From positions 1 through 64,000 of the forward strand of contig JAWBYA010000001.1 of NCBI GenBank assembly GCA_038867615.1: 64,000 bases of DNA. The letters run 5' to 3'. The DNA is from Sulfolobales archaeon (GTDB lineage: Archaea; Thermoproteota; Thermoprotei_A; Sulfolobales; AG1). Each line of letters opens with the position of its first letter. Positions within the stretch are counted from its first letter, which is position 1. Under the pieces are notes generated by a model. That model was given only the letters and a program-made list of their open reading frames with translations. It was not told the origin of the DNA and made no database searches. Both the position numbers and the translations under genes were made by a program. Positions 41,131-50,093 of the stretch are shown here, one piece after another.

Positions 41131-42309
41131 CTACTCCACCCTGATTCCGAGTTTCTTCATAATCTCGAGGGATTCTCTGAACTCGGAAGCCTGCTCCTCA
41201 AGGTTCCAGAACCTTTTTGAATATACATCATCAAATATAACCTCCTCAGGTAGCTGTGGTTTTGATAGACACTTTCTAACAGTATCTTCTATCCTTCTGC
41301 TCCACTCTTCATAGATCTCTTTGTCTTCTTTTTCCGATATATAGCCTCTATCTATCAAGTATCTCCGAAACCTCTGTATCGGATCGTATCTCTCGATCTT
41401 TTTAACCTCCTCAGGCGGTCTATACCTACTAGGATCATCAGCTGTTGTGTGGGGCCCCATTCTATAAGTAACAGCCTCTATTAATATGGGGCCTCTACCC
41501 TCCCTAGCCCTATCAACAGCCTCCTTAGCAGTCATATATACCGCAACTACATCGTTGCCATCAACCCTCATTCCCGGTATGTTGTAGGCAACGCCCTTGA
41601 TAGCGAATGTAGGGGAGCCTGTCTGCTTCTTAGCCGGGACTGATATTGCCCACTGATTGTTCTCTATAATGAAAACCACAGGGAGTCTATGGATCCCAGC
41701 GAAGTTAAGCCCGGCGTGGAAGCCTCCTCTAGATGTTGCTCCATCTCCAAATATCGTCATAACAACTATATTCTCCCCAGCTATTCGTGCACCTAGTGCG
41801 AAGCCAACCGCATGGGGGATCTGATTTCCCACAGGTACTGTGACAGGCCCTATTCTATGTCTCTTCGAACCAAGAATCGTGAACTCTTTTCCCTTAAAAG
41901 GGTCGTCTATGTTAGCCATATTCCTATCTATTATCTCCTCCTCAGAAATCCCTCTGGCTATGAACACGCCTATGTTTCTATAGTATGGGAATACCCAGTC
42001 CTCTTTACTGAGGGCAAGCGCTGATCCAACTGAGACGGCTTCTTCGCCTATGTTTGGGGCGTGAAGCGCTACTTTCCCCATCCTCTGGAGCTTTAGGAGC
42101 CACCCATCAAGGATCCTGGTTCTAATCATATAGATGTATATGTTGATAAGCAGTTCTCTCGGCAGATCTGGCTCTTTATCGGCAACAACTCTGCCGTCGG
42201 TGTCAATGATTCTATAGATGCTGAGGGCTCTCTCTAGATCTAAACCTTCCATTATATCATTTAAATTATAAAAGGTTTCGAAAGGATTTTGGGACATTTT
42301 AGTCCCCAT
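41131..42309 (-). CDS. 2-oxoacid dehydrogenase E1 alpha
   Basis: TPP motif 'GDGATS...NNQWAIS', 'HTTADDP'. Confidence 0.95.
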   Translation of the reverse strand: MGTKMSQNPFETFYNLNDIMEGLDLERALSIYRIIDTDGRVVADKEPDLPRELLINIYIYMIRTRILDGWLLKLQRMGKVALHAPNIGEEAVSVGSALALSKEDWVFPYYRNIGVFIARGISEEEIIDRNMANIDDPFKGKEFTILGSKRHRIGPVTVPVGNQIPHAVGFALGARIAGENIVVMTIFGDGATSRGGFHAGLNFAGIHRLPVVFIIENNQWAISVPAKKQTGSPTFAIKGVAYNIPGMRVDGNDVVAVYMTAKEAVDRAREGRGPILIEAVTYRMGPHTTADDPSRYRPPEEVKKIERYDPIQRFRRYLIDRGYISEKEDKEIYEEWSRRIEDTVRKCLSKPQLPEEVIFDDVYSKRFWNLEEQASEFRESLEIMKKLGIRVE

Positions 42310-42432
42310 ACCTATTCCTTACGAGGTTAAAAACTAGAATGATGGCTTTTGGGTAATCTTCCACGAAGCCTGTATATATATTGAAAACTTACCGGCGAGT
42401 TCTGGAATAGCTATTAACTGGTGATAGTTTGT

Positions 42433-42791
42433 GACGTAGTAGCTGTTTCAGTTTAACGAAAGTTTATAATAATCATATTGATTCTCATATTAGTTCTTAA
42501 TTGTTTTATAGATAAGCTTATAATATATTAAATATAATTTACTATTATGCATAGCCATAACGTATAGTCCATAGGAGACTCATGCGGGCGGTGGTTAGAG
42601 ATAAAAAGAGCCAGAATATAGGGTTTCCCATGGCATTGAGTCGAGCCATGCTATAGGGGGCTGATTGCTAGGGTAGCTCTTATGGATTGAGGCTAGGGAT
42701 ATTTTCTAGTAGATGAAAAAGAGCCCTGGATTGATAGAGTCGAGGTCTGGCCTGGTTTGCTCGTTATTAACCGCTATGAGGTTCGAGCCCC
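42433..42791 (+). mobile_element. Degenerate family-1 MITE (copy H)
   Basis: GACGTAGTAGCTGTTTCAG left end; GGGCGG..ATAAAAAGAGCCAGAATATAGGGTTTCCC scaffold; right end TTAACCGCTATGAGGTTCGAGCCCC. Confidence 0.7.
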
Positions 42792-43466
42792 TACAGGCAG
42801 TTCTACTACTATGTTAAACAGTATGCATAGCGCCCAGCATCTGATCCTCAGGAAACCTACTTTGGATAGTACGTGTATAAACTTCTCTAGGGGTGGGACG
42901 TTCAATAGTGTTTTCACTATTACTAGGTAGTGCTTAGCATGCCTGGGCGCTGCGGCTGCTACTAGGGCCATGATCGCTACCATGTAGAGTACTTCGATGA
43001 GTAATAGTAAGAGGGAGCCGGGTCGCCAGAAATCGAGAATAATGATCCTTCTTCTACTCGTGTGAATCATGGAAGCTATAGCTCTGGAGAGGCTCATAAC
43101 GTCTCTAAGCATGAAGCCTGCTATGATTGTGTCAAAGGCGTCTTGTCTGAATGGTGCGTATTCTATATATCCCTGGACAACATCTACATCGGGATCTATA
43201 TTTAGTCTTGATAGTATTTTTAGGAAGCGGGGTAGTGGTTCTAGTGCCACTATATAGCTATCTCTATAGATTTTTTTGACATGCCTAATCATGGATCCGC
43301 TGCCGCTCCCCACGTCAAGGATCCTGCCTGGCTTTGCTGCGCTAACAGCTTCTGTCCTAAATCTGTTCTCAAGGCATAGGGTAAAGATCCTTGATGTCTT
43401 GTCATAGGTATCGGCGATATTGTTAAGTTCTTTGAGTATATGGTCTGGATCTATTGTGTGCTCCAT
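42774..43466 (-). CDS. UbiE/MenG-like SAM methyltransferase
   Basis: 'NIADTYD', 'ILDVGSGSG', 'FMLRDV'; stop codon inside MITE H. Confidence 0.8.
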   Translation of the reverse strand: MEHTIDPDHILKELNNIADTYDKTSRIFTLCLENRFRTEAVSAAKPGRILDVGSGSGSMIRHVKKIYRDSYIVALEPLPRFLKILSRLNIDPDVDVVQGYIEYAPFRQDAFDTIIAGFMLRDVMSLSRAIASMIHTSRRRIIILDFWRPGSLLLLLIEVLYMVAIMALVAAAAPRHAKHYLVIVKTLLNVPPLEKFIHVLSKVGFLRIRCWALCILFNIVVELPVGARTS

Positions 43467-43505
43467 CGATCACCGATCTCCGTGTTGATCGCTAGTATGG
43501 TGGGG

Positions 43506-44213
43506 CTACTGTGGTCTGAAGAAGCTGTCTATAAATGCTACCTGTTTTACCTCTGGGAAGTATTTGAATATATCATCAGCCACTGCTTTTTTAAAGATCT
43601 GGAGATCCTCTGCTAGCAGGATCTCTTCGGGCGTATCGATCTCCACCTTGATCATATCTTGCGAGATCCTAACATTAAGCCCTTCTATATTGATCCTTCT
43701 AGATCTCCTGGCTATTAGGTGCTTGATCTTCTCTACAGGATCCTCAAGCTTCTTAACAACCTTGTACGTGAATACAAGCGTTTTCCCAGAAAGCGGGTGG
43801 TTAAAATCAACAACAACCCTTCCGCCGGAGATGCTCTTAACAACACCGATCGCCCCCCCGATCTCTATGGTCTTCCCAGGCTCGGGGATTATGTTGAGCT
43901 TAGCCAGCTCTCTAAGGCTGAGAATCCTGACCTTCTCAGGATCCCTTTCGCCAAAAGCCTTGGAGGGCTCTACATCTATGGTTTTCTCCTCACCAACCTC
44001 AGATGAAGCTACAGCCTCTTCAAAGCCCTTCACATATCTACCCTCGCCAATTATCATGAGCCTTGGTCTATAGACCTCGCCTTCTCTGTAGATCCCGCTG
44101 TTTTTAGCAACATCTTCGCTCGTGGTTTCGATAACCTCCCCAGTATCCTTAACCCTCATCGTATATTCAACCAGAACGAAGTCCCTCTCCTTAAAAGTCA
44201 TCCCATGCACCAA
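43506..44213 (-). CDS. Long-type archaeal FKBP peptidyl-prolyl isomerase (SlyD-like)
   Basis: 'KAFGERD', 'VDFNHPLSGK'. Confidence 0.9.
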   Translation of the reverse strand: MVHGMTFKERDFVLVEYTMRVKDTGEVIETTSEDVAKNSGIYREGEVYRPRLMIIGEGRYVKGFEEAVASSEVGEEKTIDVEPSKAFGERDPEKVRILSLRELAKLNIIPEPGKTIEIGGAIGVVKSISGGRVVVDFNHPLSGKTLVFTYKVVKKLEDPVEKIKHLIARRSRRINIEGLNVRISQDMIKVEIDTPEEILLAEDLQIFKKAVADDIFKYFPEVKQVAFIDSFFRPQ

Positions 44214-44298
44214 GCTATTATCACATATGGCTCATATAAGCTCTAACACGACATACAATCATGATTGTATTGCTATGTACAGAGCTTACTTATTAATA

Positions 44299-44388
44299 GC
44301 TAGTGAGGATAGGGGGTATTTGATGTTTGACGGACAGAGCTGTGCGGTAACGCGTAGCCAGACCTAAATACCCCCTGTCGCTATTAGC
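44299..44388 (+). ncRNA. Candidate structured RNA: long rod-like hairpin with GNRA loop
   Basis: GATAGGGGGTATTT (44308-21) pairs with AAATACCCCCTGTC (44366-79); apical GCTGTGCG-GTAA-CGCGTAGC; several G-U pairs on the + strand. Confidence 0.5.
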
Positions 44389-44487
44389 ATATATTAGGAT
44401 CTTGCTAAGCTATTCCACAGAACAAGCTGTAGGAGGATCTTGTGGAAATATTTTTGACCATATATTATTGAGTATTGGTGTGTATGG

Positions 44488-44817
44488 TTGGCTAAATACA
44501 AGGTCTGGAAGTGTGGGCTATGTGGGGAGCAGGTGATTGAGGGTCAGAGATTCCTTGTTATAAAGAACATAGGTTTCGCACATCTTGAGTGTGTTGTTGA
44601 AGAGCTTGTGAAGAGGCATCAAAACATATCTAGAGACGCATTATCATTGATAGACGCTAATGAGGCTATCACATACGCTATAGTTAGGCTCAAGACTGCT
44701 GAGCTCCAGGCCCAGAGTGATGCACAGAGATCTATGATCTCTGCTGCTAGAAAGGATCTCGAGAAGCATTCGGCATTCCTAGGCAATGAGCTTGGAAAGC
44801 TCCTCGGGTACGCCTAG
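44488..44817 (+). CDS. DUF2175-like Zn-binding protein
   Basis: 'WKCGLCG...GQRF...AHLEC'. Confidence 0.75.
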   Translation: MAKYKVWKCGLCGEQVIEGQRFLVIKNIGFAHLECVVEELVKRHQNISRDALSLIDANEAITYAIVRLKTAELQAQSDAQRSMISAARKDLEKHSAFLGNELGKLLGYA

Positions 44818-44861
44818 TCTCGAGGCCATAGCCAAAGCCCTATCACCACAGGTGGGAATCT

Positions 44862-45533
44862 TTGGGTGAGGATGAGATTCTCCAGATAGAGGAGGTAGAT
44901 CTAGAGCTTGCTAGGAGACTTATAACCGTTGCTAGAAAGGCTATAGAGCTCTATATGGATCTCGGTGACGAAGATGCTGTATTCTCAGCTCTTTCAGAGC
45001 TTGTGGGAAAGGATCCCAGGATGGGTAAAAAAGCAGCTGTCTTTGTAACGCTCGAAAAGGTGAGCGGTTCTTCTAGAATGCTTAGAGGCTGTATAGGTTT
45101 TATCGTGCACCACCTAGAACTCGCAAGCGCTGTGATGGGATCCGCGATATCCTCAGCATTCAAAGACCCTAGGTTTAGGCCTGTTGAAAAAGGGGAGCTA
45201 GGATCCATTGCTATCGAGATAGCACTGCTCGGACCAAAGATACCGATCAAAGACCCCAGCGATATATCTATAGGGAGGGATGCGATATATGTTGAGAGCA
45301 TATATGGCTCAGGAATACTCCTCCCACAAGTTCCTATAGATTATTGCTGGGATGAGGAGACGTTTCTCGGCGAGACATGCCTTAAAGCAGGTCTGGATCT
45401 AGCATGCTGGATGAGACGTGGCGTGAAGGTATATAGAATCCCTGGCAGGGTCTTCTACGAGGAGAAACCCTTGGGAGAGGTTGTTGAGAGAGATCTTGTT
45501 AAGGAGTATAGGTCTAGGTGTGCCGTTACATAG
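44862..45533 (+). CDS. AMMECR1 domain protein
   Basis: 'VFVTL', 'LRGCIG', 'DPRF', 'LLPQV', 'C.KAGL'. Confidence 0.92.
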   Translation: MGEDEILQIEEVDLELARRLITVARKAIELYMDLGDEDAVFSALSELVGKDPRMGKKAAVFVTLEKVSGSSRMLRGCIGFIVHHLELASAVMGSAISSAFKDPRFRPVEKGELGSIAIEIALLGPKIPIKDPSDISIGRDAIYVESIYGSGILLPQVPIDYCWDEETFLGETCLKAGLDLACWMRRGVKVYRIPGRVFYEEKPLGEVVERDLVKEYRSRCAVT

Positions 45534-45549
45534 TATTGCTAATAAAAGG

Positions 45550-46191
45550 CTATATATTCTCAACCTTTATCCCGAGCCTCTCAGCAACCTCCTTTATCCT
45601 GGCCCTTATAGTGACCTCTGTTAACCCTGTCTCTATCGAGAGTTTGTTCTTACTTAGTCTATGACCAAGTCTCTCTGATGCTATATATATTGCTGCGGTA
45701 GCATATCCGGTGGGATCTTTACCCTCTATAGGTGTTTTTATCCTAATCTCATCGAGAATCTTGAGGGCCTCGCTAACCACCTCGTTACCAAGCCCCAGCC
45801 TCTTTGCTATATACCCTATATAGCTCCTAGGATCCGGGGGTCTTATCTCTCTAAGCTCTCTCTCAAAGGTCTCTAAGATCGAGTTGTAACACGACCTCAG
45901 ATCTTTCAGGGGTACTCCAGCTATCGTTGAGATACGCTTCAGTGGGAATGGTCTCCCCAAGATCCTTGATGCTGCATAGAGAGCTGCTAAGGCTACACAC
46001 CTATAGGATCTACCCCTGGTAAGGCCTTTCTCAATACACCTTATAGCTATATCGAGAGCCTTATCGGTTATATCTCTCGGCGCCTCTATCGAGTCAGCAA
46101 GCTCTTTGATCAAGGACTCCATTCTAGTCATAGCGCTTTTGCTAACATAATAAGTCATGCTGGTATTACGAATAACCACGCGCGGCCCCAT
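45550..46191 (-). CDS. TFB paralog with two cyclin folds but no N-terminal Zn ribbon
   Basis: 'GLTRGRS...AALYAA', 'DP..YI', 'GKDP.G.A.AAIYIA', HTH 'TEVTIRAR'; TATA-like box about 25 nt upstream of ATG 46191. Confidence 0.82.
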   Translation of the reverse strand: MGPRVVIRNTSMTYYVSKSAMTRMESLIKELADSIEAPRDITDKALDIAIRCIEKGLTRGRSYRCVALAALYAASRILGRPFPLKRISTIAGVPLKDLRSCYNSILETFERELREIRPPDPRSYIGYIAKRLGLGNEVVSEALKILDEIRIKTPIEGKDPTGYATAAIYIASERLGHRLSKNKLSIETGLTEVTIRARIKEVAERLGIKVENI

Positions 46192-46301
46192 ACATAAATA
46201 TCGCCCCAAATTAAAATATATTTTTAGCCATGGGTCTCTTCCGGAAAGACGTGGTGACATTTAATATAAACGCCACATATACTTAATTCAAAATCTTTAT
46301 A

Positions 46302-46802
46302 TTATAAAGGGGCAGCCATTAGATAGGCGTCCTCACCATCCATGTAATATCTCCTGAGGATCCTGACAACCTTGAAGCCAAGGCTTCTATATAGATTCGT
46401 GGCAGGCTCATTACTAACCCTAACCTCGAGCACAACCTCCTCAGCCCCGTATATCTTCTTCATCCTATACATACCCTCGAGCATAAGGGCCTTACCAACA
46501 CCCCTCCTCCTATACTCCCTAAGCACCGCTATGCTTACGACATGCCCCCTCAGGACAAAATCGCCTTTAAAGAAACCCTCGTCATTCTCAATCCTATTCA
46601 TCATATACCCAATAATACCGCCTGGCGCTTCAGCAACAAGAAAGATCTTGCCCCACTCCTCTATATGTTGCTCCCAGAAATACCTCGGATAGTGCTCTGG
46701 AAGGCTCCTCATATTTATCTCGATAATCTTATCGAGATCCGAGTATGAAGCCTCACGAATCCTGAACTCACAGTCATCGGAAGTATCGCTAGCGAGTACC
46801 AT
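46302..46802 (-). CDS. Ard1/RimI-type N-terminal acetyltransferase
   Basis: 'LPEHY', 'GHVVSIAV', 'RRRGVG', 'LEVRVSN', 'YYMDGEDA'. Confidence 0.92.
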   Translation of the reverse strand: MVLASDTSDDCEFRIREASYSDLDKIIEINMRSLPEHYPRYFWEQHIEEWGKIFLVAEAPGGIIGYMMNRIENDEGFFKGDFVLRGHVVSIAVLREYRRRGVGKALMLEGMYRMKKIYGAEEVVLEVRVSNEPATNLYRSLGFKVVRILRRYYMDGEDAYLMAAPL

Positions 46803-46861
46803 GTATCCACCAAACCTAGAAGTGGTGATGGGGATAAATCTTCAACTAATAGCAGGACAAA

Positions 46862-47184
46862 CGGTTTGACCCTGGATGTTTATACCACTCACTTTATTCA
46901 TGGCCTCATCCAGGGGTTTTCGCCTCTACCCTCAGGATCTCGGATCTCTAATCCTGCTGGGTCATGGGCGGCCGTCGAGCCAATCGGCACGTGGCTCCCA
47001 TCTAGGTTAAGCTGGATGGCTTGGGGCGCTGCTCCCATCTCTGCCCGAGACCTGTGTGGAGAAACCCATATCGAGAGCAGTCCATCTCAAAACTAAAGCT
47101 CAATAAATATCCCTAGACATCGATGGGTACTCACTAATATTCCCCAAACCTATCAACCCCCTATATATCGAAAGAAAACAACCC
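46862..47184 (-). mobile_element. Family-2 MITE
   Basis: Reverse complement GGGTTGTTTTCTTTCGATATATAGGG ... GATGGGAGCAGCGCCCCAAGCC ... ATCCAGGGTCAAAC, colinear with 10697-11036. Confidence 0.85.
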
Positions 47185-47252
47185 GGCTCTGTAGATCTAT
47201 GTTCAACGAGCTATACCACAGCTTTAATAGGCTGTGATCATGGATTTAATGG

Positions 47253-48107
47253 TTAGATCTTTCTATATAGTAGCTCTGAAACAACTCTTAATAAGACACC
47301 GCTCTCGATCCTCCCTCTCGCATAGCCCGCGATCTCGGCATATGCTTTCTCAACCCTTCTCTCATCCCTCACGTATTTTCCACAAAGCCATAGTATTGAG
47401 TCGAGGTTAACCATAGGGATCCCTGATATTTCTGATACCCTGGCCCATGCTTTTTGAGCATCTCTATAGTTTCTCATTATCTCCTCGATAGGGTCTGGCT
47501 TTGAGGTATCAGCAATCCCTGAGGTGTATGTTACTGCTGCTACCCTTCTATCCACTGGGATCTCTATAGTTGCTGGGGGTGTGGATTTATATCCACAGAT
47601 CCTTGATACGTAGTAGAACATCTTTACAGCGAAGACTATTGTCTTCTCGTACCCCGTTTTGCCTAGAGATCTGCTCAACAAGATCCTCAGGATCTCAGGG
47701 TTACTTGAGATCTCATCGATCTTTGCATAGATCTCTATGTGGGTCTGTGAGGTTAGGAGTCTCCTCACCCTAGAGATCTTCTTATCCCTTGAAGCAATGT
47801 TGCCCCTCGATGATTCCAGGAATGATATGAAATCCCTCACCAGAGAATCGGGATCGCTGGGCTTGAAGGGATATGTAGCAAACTCCCACCAGTAATCCTC
47901 ACCCGGGGCTGAGAGTTGATATGCCGAGATCGCATTAAGAACCGTGAGGAGAGCTGCAGAGCTGCAATCCCCAATCCTCTTAACCAGATGCTCTAAGGCT
48001 CTATACTGGGGATCTCCCTCCTCTATGATCATAACCCCCTCTAGCCCTAGCCTCCCTAGGGCTTCTCCAACGGCCTTTATTCTCTGGCTGTTTATGGTTA
48101 TGGCCAT
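47253..48107 (-). CDS. AGOG 8-oxoguanine N-glycosylase/DNA lyase
   Basis: 'DPQY', 'SAYQL..GE.YW', 'KTIVFAVKM', 'IPVDRR', 'LDSILW'. Confidence 0.9.
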   Translation of the reverse strand: MAITINSQRIKAVGEALGRLGLEGVMIIEEGDPQYRALEHLVKRIGDCSSAALLTVLNAISAYQLSAPGEDYWWEFATYPFKPSDPDSLVRDFISFLESSRGNIASRDKKISRVRRLLTSQTHIEIYAKIDEISSNPEILRILLSRSLGKTGYEKTIVFAVKMFYYVSRICGYKSTPPATIEIPVDRRVAAVTYTSGIADTSKPDPIEEIMRNYRDAQKAWARVSEISGIPMVNLDSILWLCGKYVRDERRVEKAYAEIAGYARGRIESGVLLRVVSELLYRKI

Positions 48108-48631
48108 AGCTCCTCCTTAACACCCCTCGTCTGGTTAACATATCTTGCAAGGACATACAATAGATCCGAGATCCTGTTTAGAAGGACTAGGTGGTTCTTC
48201 ATGATCATGTTTGAATGGTACAGCTTTGACGCAACCCTCTCAGCCCTTCTACACACTGTTCTTGCGAAGTGGAGCATAGCTGCTACGGGATCTCCTGTTG
48301 GGTAGACGAAGACAAGCCTGGGCTCAGAGATCTTCTCCCAGATCTCTTTAGTCATATTCTCAACCCACGCTATATCCTGCTCAGCTATCCTTGGCGATGT
48401 GAGCCTCTCTATAGGTGTTGCAATATCACTCCCATATCTAAAAAGGGTTTCCTGAAGCCGTCTGAGCATCTGGTCAACATCCTCCGGGGGTTTAAGGCTT
48501 CTCACAACTCCTATAAGCGAGTTGAGTTCATCAATAGAGCCCATGAGATCAACTATATCGTCCTCCTTGGCAACCCTCTCACCATACATTATATAGGTAT
48601 AGCCCTCATCGCCTGTATGGGCTTTCTTCAC
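48098..48631 (-). CDS. PduO-type cob(I)alamin adenosyltransferase
   Basis: 'GDEGYT', 'GSIDELNS', 'RTVCRRAER', 'NRISD'. Confidence 0.9.
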   Translation of the reverse strand: MKKAHTGDEGYTYIMYGERVAKEDDIVDLMGSIDELNSLIGVVRSLKPPEDVDQMLRRLQETLFRYGSDIATPIERLTSPRIAEQDIAWVENMTKEIWEKISEPRLVFVYPTGDPVAAMLHFARTVCRRAERVASKLYHSNMIMKNHLVLLNRISDLLYVLARYVNQTRGVKEELWP

Positions 48632-48687
48632 ATATAATCACCATAAGAGATGACTGTGGCGGGTATTAACAACACTCAATAGGATCC

Positions 48688-49365
48688 TCAGATCAGTTTT
48701 TTCTGATAAGATACCTTCCCAAGGGATTTCTCTCTAGAGATCCTGTCAGCCCAGTATATGGGTTCTGGAAGAGATCTCCCACTAATGGTTATCCTCCTAG
48801 CTATTTCTTCGAGATCCTCTATATCGACCATATGGCCTATAGTTATGTATAGATCTGATTTTCCAAGCCTGAGCGCCACGCCAGCTACAACATCATCTAT
48901 AACAATAAGCCTCTTACCGTTCCTCTCAACCACACTTCCGGCCAAGAGTCTCTTGGCAACACCGATCGATGGTAATCCCATTATGACTCCTAAGTAACTG
49001 GCTATGCCGCACTTCCTGGGATGAGCTATCCCGTGTCCGTTCACAACAAGCAGATCCTTCTCCCCCTTAAGCATCATAAGAGCCTTGAGCATCAGGGGCG
49101 CCTCTCTAAACGCTAGATAGCCGGGTATGTATGGGAACACCACCTTTCCCTCGGCAATCCCTATCTCCTCGATCTCGAGGGTTTTGTAGTTAATTGAGAC
49201 AGCAGCTGCAAAGCCTGTTTCCCCTCTATAGGATACGTCTAAACCCACCACAGATCTGGGTTCCCTCGATAGCCTCTGGATCTTTACTTTTCTAGCTATC
49301 ATAACCTGTGCTTGTGAAGCTTTAAAAAGATCTATGTCGCGATAACCCATATAAGAAGCACGCAC
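48688..49365 (-). CDS. nfi: Endonuclease V
   Basis: 'GLDVSY', 'FPYIPGYLAFRE', 'NGHGIAHPR', 'GVAK', 'PEP'. Confidence 0.93.
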   Translation of the reverse strand: MRASYMGYRDIDLFKASQAQVMIARKVKIQRLSREPRSVVGLDVSYRGETGFAAAVSINYKTLEIEEIGIAEGKVVFPYIPGYLAFREAPLMLKALMMLKGEKDLLVVNGHGIAHPRKCGIASYLGVIMGLPSIGVAKRLLAGSVVERNGKRLIVIDDVVAGVALRLGKSDLYITIGHMVDIEDLEEIARRITISGRSLPEPIYWADRISREKSLGKVSYQKKLI

Positions 49366-49374
49366 GCGGCGAGA

Positions 49375-50010
49375 CTATCTTATTGGGTATGTTCTTTCCT
49401 CAACACCATTACTCCTAACAATAGCAACATCTACTCCATCGCCTGACATAGCATCCCTCGCAGCAGCAGCCCTTATAGCCTTTACAACCAGATTCACAGC
49501 GTTCTCAACAAGCTCCTCCTGCCGCGATGTTTTCTGCAAAGACACCAAACCCTGGTACTCGCTCTCAATAATCCCTATCGCTATGGGTGCCCCAGTACCG
49601 ACTGCGGCATAGTCATCCTCTATAAGCGACCCCAGAGGATCCATCACAAAGACGTGGGCTCCCTCGTCATCAACACCGCCTACTATTAGCTCTGTTATGA
49701 ATGGCATGTATTTGTAGGAGTAAAGTATCGCTGAAAGGAGCTTTGCTGCTCCCTTCACAGATATCCTTGATCCGGAGGATATCTCGTAGTACCTGATCTC
49801 CGTGGATATTATTCTTGAGAGTGTGAGCATGTCTGCAAAGATCCCTGCAGCTGCTACCGCGATCTTATCGTGGATCTTGAACACCTTCTTAGCAGACCTA
49901 CTCATAACAAAACCTCCATAGCCAAACCTCTTCTCCGAGCCGAGAACAACTATATCGCCTACCCTCAGACCAACTGCTGTAGCACCCATCCCCAGACTCT
50001 CGTAAGCCAC
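49375..50010 (-). CDS. psmB: Proteasome beta subunit (non-catalytic type, Thr1 position is Ala)
   Basis: 'GATAVG', 'AG..AD', 'GGVD', 'GTGAPIA', 'RDAMSGDG'. Confidence 0.9.
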   Translation of the reverse strand: MAYESLGMGATAVGLRVGDIVVLGSEKRFGYGGFVMSRSAKKVFKIHDKIAVAAAGIFADMLTLSRIISTEIRYYEISSGSRISVKGAAKLLSAILYSYKYMPFITELIVGGVDDEGAHVFVMDPLGSLIEDDYAAVGTGAPIAIGIIESEYQGLVSLQKTSRQEELVENAVNLVVKAIRAAAARDAMSGDGVDVAIVRSNGVEERTYPIR

Positions 50011-50093
50011 TTACTCCACCATCCTAATAATCTCCAAAGGAAGTATTAAATGGGGCTGGGGGTTCTAGCCAGGCTATGCATCGTAGCATTATA

